This document shows positions 59,030 to 64,000 of a stretch of 64,000 bases of DNA, in pieces; within the stretch, counting starts at the first letter, position 1, and the number at the start of each line of letters is the position of its first letter. This DNA comes from an uncultured archaeon. Lineage in GTDB: Archaea; Thermoproteota; Nitrososphaeria_A; Caldarchaeales; Wolframiiraptoraceae. A program made the position numbers and the translations under genes. Under the pieces are notes generated by a model that was given only the letters and a program-made list of their open reading frames with translations, ran no database searches and was not told where the DNA came from. The stretch covers positions 1-64,000 of the forward strand of contig CALKCF010000004.1 in assembly GCA_938083505.1 (NCBI GenBank), written 5' to 3'.

Positions 59030-60081
59030 CTCTTTAAAACGATTCTATACCTCCTTAAGAACTCGGCTAGCACAATGCAAAGAAAGATCACGGATTGAAA
59101 GACCGTGATGGCTGATGAGGGTAGCCTAAGTAAGGATTGAAGAGCGTCGCCAGCCGTAAGCAAACCTCCGAAGAAGATGCCTGCTGGTAAGATGAGCCAT
59201 GGGTTAAGTTGAGCGAGCATGGTTACTATTATAGCAGTGTAGCCATAACCAGGTGATGCTCTAGGTCTTAGCCTTCCTATCATACCAGATACTACGTAAA
59301 AACCTCCCAAGCCAGCTATACCGCCGCTAATTAGAGAACCTAACAACGTAGCACGTCCAACTGACATACCCGCATATTTGGCAACCTCGCTGCTCTTTCC
59401 AAGAACGTTGAGTACGAAACCAAACTTCGTGTACTTGAACAGAATGTAAACTAGTGTTGCAACTGCGACAGATATTATGATGCCAGCAATAGAAGGATGC
59501 CCACCAAGCGTGAGTGTTGCATAATCAGGAAAGGGTACGGAAAGGGCAAAACCCCAACCTTCTGGATCCCTCCATGGACCATAGACCAAATAGTCCACAA
59601 ATAGCATGGCTATGTAATTTAGCATTAAGGTTGTTAGAATCTCATTAACGCCTAGCTTAGCTTTTAAAGATGCTGGTATGAGGCACCAAGCTCCACCAGC
59701 CAAGAATGAAGCTGCACTCATTACTGCGAGCATTAAGGATACAGGTATAGCCTCATAGAAAACGTGTAAGATAACTATACCGGTTGCGGCCACCATTCCA
59801 AGATACATCTGCCCCTCAGCACCTATATTCCAGAAACCCATTCTAAAAGCAACGACTAAACCCAATGATGCCAGGATTATCGGTATGCTCCTAAAAACAG
59901 CTTGGATAAGAAGGTTTGGTGTAATAAAGACGCTACATATAACTGAGTAAAATTGGATGACGTTCACACCCAAAAAATAGAATAACACGCCCGTCACAAA
60001 AAAGGCAAGCAAGAACGATAAAAATACGATAATACTGGATACCTTCCGGCTTATGTGCATGCGTCTCTCTAACTTAAACAA
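59017..60081 (-). CDS. Nucleoside/sugar ABC permease (NupB-like)
   Basis: WNIGAEGQ, VNEILTTLMLNYI, GYGYTAI. Confidence 0.9.
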   Translation of the reverse strand: MFKLERRMHISRKVSSIIVFLSFLLAFFVTGVLFYFLGVNVIQFYSVICSVFITPNLLIQAVFRSIPIILASLGLVVAFRMGFWNIGAEGQMYLGMVAATGIVILHVFYEAIPVSLMLAVMSAASFLAGGAWCLIPASLKAKLGVNEILTTLMLNYIAMLFVDYLVYGPWRDPEGWGFALSVPFPDYATLTLGGHPSIAGIIISVAVATLVYILFKYTKFGFVLNVLGKSSEVAKYAGMSVGRATLLGSLISGGIAGLGGFYVVSGMIGRLRPRASPGYGYTAIIVTMLAQLNPWLILPAGIFFGGLLTAGDALQSLLRLPSSAITVFQSVIFLCIVLAEFLRRYRIVLKRWKQ

Positions 60082-61640
60082 ACCTTCCTGCCACCTAAAG
60101 CCGTGTTACCCTTTACCATCATCATACCAACTTCTTCTACAGTTTTTTCTGTCGGTGAAAACTCACCAACTATTCTTCCTTTAGATATGACCGCTACTCT
60201 ATCGCTCAGCATCATTATCTCCTCCAAGTCCTCGGATAGGAGGATTATGGCAGAACCCAAAGCTCTATACTTTAACAACAAACCTTGAACAAATTCTGTT
60301 GCCGCTACGTCAAGACCCTTAGTCGGATAGGCTGCGAGTATAAGCTTAGGTATCTTGCCATCCTGTGTCGCCGATAGTTCTCTGGCTAGGACAACCTTCT
60401 GCAAGTTTCCACCAGAAAGTATGCCGGCTAATTTCGACGGGCTATGTGTCGCTATATCGTATTCCTCTATGAGCTTCTTTGAAAACTCGAAAAGTTTCCG
60501 CCAATTGATCGTGAGTATATTCGAAAAATTTCTGCTTCTGTACAACTTTAGCGCGATGTTTTCTACAAGCGTCATATCACGAATGAGTGCCCATCTTGTA
60601 CTTTCAGACGGTATATACGCAACACCCTTCTCTATCAGGTACCTTGCACCCTTATTTGTTACATCCTCACCATCTATAAACACCTTACCACTATAAACCT
60701 TTCTTATACCGGCAAGAACCTCCATCAATTCCTCTTGACCGTTTCCGGCAATTCCTGCGATACCGACAATCTCGCCGGAATGAATGCGAAGGTTAACTCC
60801 GTCTAAAGCTAAAACGCCTCTATCACCCATAACCTTGAGGCCTATCGCTTCCAATACCACATCTCCTTTTTTTATCGCAGGTTTCACAAGCTTGAACAAC
60901 ACTGACCTACCTATCATCATGTTTGCAAGCTCTTCCACAGTTACTTCGTTTGTAAGTTTTGTCGCGATAACTCTTCCTTTCCTCATAACTGTGACTCTAT
61001 CACTCACCTCGAATACTTCCTCGAGTTTATGTGTGATGAAAATTACTCCTCTACCCTTTTTCGCCATAATCCTAAGGGCTTTGAATAAGTTCTTAGTTTC
61101 CTGGGGCGTAAGGACAGAAGTTGGCTCGTCCAGAATCAGAACTTCGGCGTTTCTTATCAAAAGCTTCAAAAGCTCAACCTGTTGCTTCTCGCCCACTGAA
61201 AGTTGCCAGACCTTTGCGTTTGGATCGATGTTCCAACCATATTCCTCGCAAACTCTCTTCACCTTCTCAGCAAGCTTCTTCTTGTTAAGGATAAAACCGG
61301 TTTCTTTAAGACCGAGTACGACATTCTCCCAAACCGTGTGGACTGGTATCAGCCTGAAGTTCTGATGCACCATGCCTATTCCTAGCTTTATCGAATCTGC
61401 TGGTGACTTAATTCTTACTTTCTTGCCCTTTACGTATATTTCTCCATCATCAGGATGATAAAACCCATACAGTATATTCATCAGCGTTGTTTTTCCAGCG
61501 GCATTCTCTCCCAAAAGTGCATGGACCTCGCCAGGCATGAGCGAAAAGTCTACATGATCGTTAGCTACAACGTTAGGGAATCTTTTCACTATGCCCTTTA
61601 ATTCGACTAATGGTATAACGGACACATCATGACCCTCCAA
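60069..61640 (-). CDS. Nucleoside/sugar ABC ATPase with two NBDs (NupA-like)
   Basis: LLGENAAGKTT, LSVGE.Q, LDEPT, AGIAGNGQ, LSGGNLQK. Confidence 0.93.
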   Translation of the reverse strand: MEGHDVSVIPLVELKGIVKRFPNVVANDHVDFSLMPGEVHALLGENAAGKTTLMNILYGFYHPDDGEIYVKGKKVRIKSPADSIKLGIGMVHQNFRLIPVHTVWENVVLGLKETGFILNKKKLAEKVKRVCEEYGWNIDPNAKVWQLSVGEKQQVELLKLLIRNAEVLILDEPTSVLTPQETKNLFKALRIMAKKGRGVIFITHKLEEVFEVSDRVTVMRKGRVIATKLTNEVTVEELANMMIGRSVLFKLVKPAIKKGDVVLEAIGLKVMGDRGVLALDGVNLRIHSGEIVGIAGIAGNGQEELMEVLAGIRKVYSGKVFIDGEDVTNKGARYLIEKGVAYIPSESTRWALIRDMTLVENIALKLYRSRNFSNILTINWRKLFEFSKKLIEEYDIATHSPSKLAGILSGGNLQKVVLARELSATQDGKIPKLILAAYPTKGLDVAATEFVQGLLLKYRALGSAIILLSEDLEEIMMLSDRVAVISKGRIVGEFSPTEKTVEEVGMMMVKGNTALGGRKVCLS

Positions 61641-61665
61641 TTAAAAAATAAGGGGTTTACAGCAG

Positions 61666-62985
61666 TCATTTGGGCAGCGGCTCTTCTACATACTCTACTA
61701 ACCAATCCATCGACCATAGCATGTTGCGGTCGGCCCTCTCACCAAACCCTATTTTGACGTCCCCGTCCTGGTCTCTAATAGGCCTCTTTCCATCAGGGTC
61801 GTGCCCCTCAACGCTAAATGGCTCGAAGAGTAGCTCCTTCATCTCCTCATACCTTTGCTTGATTAGGCTGACATATTCGTCTGGTATGACTGGATTCATT
61901 GGTAGCAGATAGACCGTCCCCTCTTCTTTTCCTACAGTGCTCTTCTCGACAGGCCGTCTCCACCTCCAAGGTATGTAGTCACCAACCCTCGCCCAGATGT
62001 CTACACTTTGCCACGTCTTGGTCGCAACCATCTTGTAAAAGTCTAGATATATTGGTCCCCAGTTGGCTACGGGCCCTGTTAGGTGGGCGGTCGGGCCGTA
62101 TTCTCTCATGTCGCTGTAGTGGCTGAAGCTCCATACCTTCTTACCCTTCTTTTGGTAATCTTCGGCGACCATTAGCACCGCTGGCGTATCCTCTGTGTAG
62201 TTAACTACATCGCAGTTCTTATCGTCAATTAGGGCAGAGGCTGCAAGTCTCGCCTGCTCCGGCGCAACCCAATTGAAGATCCACGTTACATGCGCTTTTA
62301 CGTCCTTTCCAGTTCTCTTCTTATATGTATATTGAGCTCCGAGTACGTAGGCATTTATATGTCTGACAACCTCCGGTATCGGATATGCAGCAACGTACCC
62401 TATGACGCCTGTTTGTGTTATCGCGCCTGCAGCAAGTCCGCATAGGTAGTAAAGCTGATAGAATTCCGCGAATGCCGCACTCATGTTCTGTGGCGCGTTC
62501 CCAGCAGCACCGCTCCTGTAACCCGATATGTGAACAAAGTACCTATCGGAGTACTTTTTAGCAGCGTCGGCTGTTGCGTCCATGAAACCAAAGCTCGTCG
62601 TTATTATCAGCTCACAACCTTTTGCTACCAAGTTTTCGATGGCCGGCGTAACTTCAGGCTCCGGAACGCTCTCGATGTAGTAGCTTTCAACGTTCTTGAA
62701 CCTCTCATCGGCCCATCTCCTGCCTCTATCGTGTCCATAGCTCCAACCGTAATCGCCGACTGGTCCAACGTACACGTATCCTACCTTAATCGGCTTTAGC
62801 TCTTTTACTGGTAATGTGTAGGTGACAGTTCTTGTGACCTCGACTTCCTCCGGCACCCTAGCAAGATAACCTGCAGCACCGCCTGCAATGCCTGCGGCGA
62901 TTATGCCGCTGATCGCCGCGGCCTTTGTGATGCCAAGAAACTCCCTTCTGGAAATCTTTTTTTCATTTACTGCATTTTTGTTCAT
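61666..62985 (-). CDS. BMP-family ABC substrate-binding protein, Tat-exported
   Basis: SRREFL twin-arginine motif plus TM; YVGPVGDYGW, TSFGFMD, PIPEVVRHINAY; start placed at 62985 from TATA spacing. Confidence 0.9.
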   Translation of the reverse strand: MNKNAVNEKKISRREFLGITKAAAISGIIAAGIAGGAAGYLARVPEEVEVTRTVTYTLPVKELKPIKVGYVYVGPVGDYGWSYGHDRGRRWADERFKNVESYYIESVPEPEVTPAIENLVAKGCELIITTSFGFMDATADAAKKYSDRYFVHISGYRSGAAGNAPQNMSAAFAEFYQLYYLCGLAAGAITQTGVIGYVAAYPIPEVVRHINAYVLGAQYTYKKRTGKDVKAHVTWIFNWVAPEQARLAASALIDDKNCDVVNYTEDTPAVLMVAEDYQKKGKKVWSFSHYSDMREYGPTAHLTGPVANWGPIYLDFYKMVATKTWQSVDIWARVGDYIPWRWRRPVEKSTVGKEEGTVYLLPMNPVIPDEYVSLIKQRYEEMKELLFEPFSVEGHDPDGKRPIRDQDGDVKIGFGERADRNMLWSMDWLVEYVEEPLPK

Positions 62986-63033
62986 ATTTACTGCATATTC
63001 GAACATTTATTTAAGAATATTTTTACACAAATA

Positions 63034-63046
63034 TGTCAATTTGACA
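63034..63046. promoter_or_regulatory. Palindromic candidate operator in the BMP/thrC divergent region
   Basis: TGTCAA-T-TTGACA perfect inverted repeat. Confidence 0.35.
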
Positions 63047-63114
63047 CCCCTTGGAACACCAGCTGAACGTTGTAAAAAACGTTTATATCGTCGACGAATA
63101 ATTGAAGTCACAAG

Positions 63115-64000
63115 GTGGTCGGGCTAGTCAGGACGATAAAGCTTGTATGTAGGGATTGCTCCGAGGAATACGAGCCCCACCTTCTCTATATGTGCCCGAA
63201 GTGTCTAAGTGCCCTAGAGGTAAAGTATGAGATATCCGGCGTTTCGAGGTCGACTTTTGAGAAGAACGATAGATCCATCTGGAAATACTTCGAACTGCTA
63301 CCCATAGAGGATCCGAGCAACATCGTCAACATAGGCTCCGGTAACACACCGTTAGTAAAGGCCGACAGACTCGGTGAGGAGCTCGGAATAAGAAAGCTCT
63401 ACATAAAGAACGACACAACGAACCCGACGTTCTCATTTAAGGACAGACCGGCTTCGGTGGCTGTCTCTAAGGCGAAGGAGTTTAAGCTAAGCGCTGTCGG
63501 TTGTGCCTCGACCGGGAACCTTGCGTCTGCGACCGCGGCGCATGCTAGCAAAGCAAAGCTTCCCTGCTACGTCTTCATGCCTTCAAACGTTGAGCGGAAC
63601 AAAATACTGCAGGCAATACAATATGGTGCAGAGGTGGTACTCGTGGACGGTACTTATGACGATGTGAACAGGCTCGCACACATATCTTGCGACCTATACA
63701 ACGTGGGCATGGTTAACGTGAACCTCAGGCCTTACTACGTTGAGGGGTCAAAGACTATGATGTTCGAAATAGTCGAGCAGTTGGGTTGGAGGGCTCCTGA
63801 CCACGTCATAGTTCCCATGGCGAGCGGCGCACTCCTTTGCGCTCTTTACAAAGGTTTGATGGAGCTTGAGGAGCTTAACATCGTGAAAGGTCATACTAGG
63901 GTGTCAGGCGCTCAGCCTGAAGGTTGCTCACCGATAGTTCATGCGTTTAAGAAAGGCCTGAATCATGTCGTACCAGTTGAGAAGCCTAAGACTATCGTCA
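63115..64000 (+). CDS. thrC: Threonine synthase (PLP), runs off the window
   Basis: Hand translation: CRDC...CPKC, IWKY, GNTPL, NPTFSFKDR, ASTGNLA, EGSKT, VPMASG. Confidence 0.9.
   Translation, partial: MVGLVRTIKLVCRDCSEEYEPHLLYMCPKCLSALEVKYEISGVSRSTFEKNDRSIWKYFELLPIEDPSNIVNIGSGNTPLVKADRLGEELGIRKLYIKNDTTNPTFSFKDRPASVAVSKAKEFKLSAVGCASTGNLASATAAHASKAKLPCYVFMPSNVERNKILQAIQYGAEVVLVDGTYDDVNRLAHISCDLYNVGMVNVNLRPYYVEGSKTMMFEIVEQLGWRAPDHVIVPMASGALLCALYKGLMELEELNIVKGHTRVSGAQPEGCSPIVHAFKKGLNHVVPVEKPKTIV

Overview
Archaeal chromosome segment, most consistent with a thermophilic TACK lineage (Aigarchaeota/Caldarchaeales-like; lineage is inference from crenactin, Alba, e-type ribosomal proteins, Pcc1, Nep1 and C/D sRNAs). 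From left to right: (i) 1-8 kb, an accessory catabolic cluster (glycerol dehydrogenase, GlcD/GlcF-like oxidoreductase, OCD/mu-crystallin enzyme, MtaA-like protein, Zn-ADH, hydroxyacid-oxoacid transhydrogenase); (ii) 8-38 kb, housekeeping genes (tRNA/rRNA modification, ribosomal proteins, DNA ligase, GAN/Cdc45) mixed with methanopterin/F420-related genes (mptG, mptA, mptE, citG-like, DUF447, fno) and a repeat-rich surface protein next to a signal peptidase; (iii) 38.6-43.9 kb, a group 3b [NiFe]-hydrogenase operon between two tRNA-Gly genes, one with a non-canonical 29/30 intron; (iv) 45-47 kb, a crenactin plus arcadin-2-like pair, the latter with an apparently nuclease-dead PD-(D/E)XK-like N-domain; (v) pyrD/pyrBIC with a hybrid-looking PyrD; (vi) three C/D-box guide sRNAs that are not in the ORF track; (vii) a decaying ABC-DUF364-Tfx cassette; (viii) a BMP-type nucleoside/sugar ABC transporter and a partial thrC. 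I saw no CRISPR array, rRNA, transposase or integrase. All calls come from reading motifs by eye; no searches were run.
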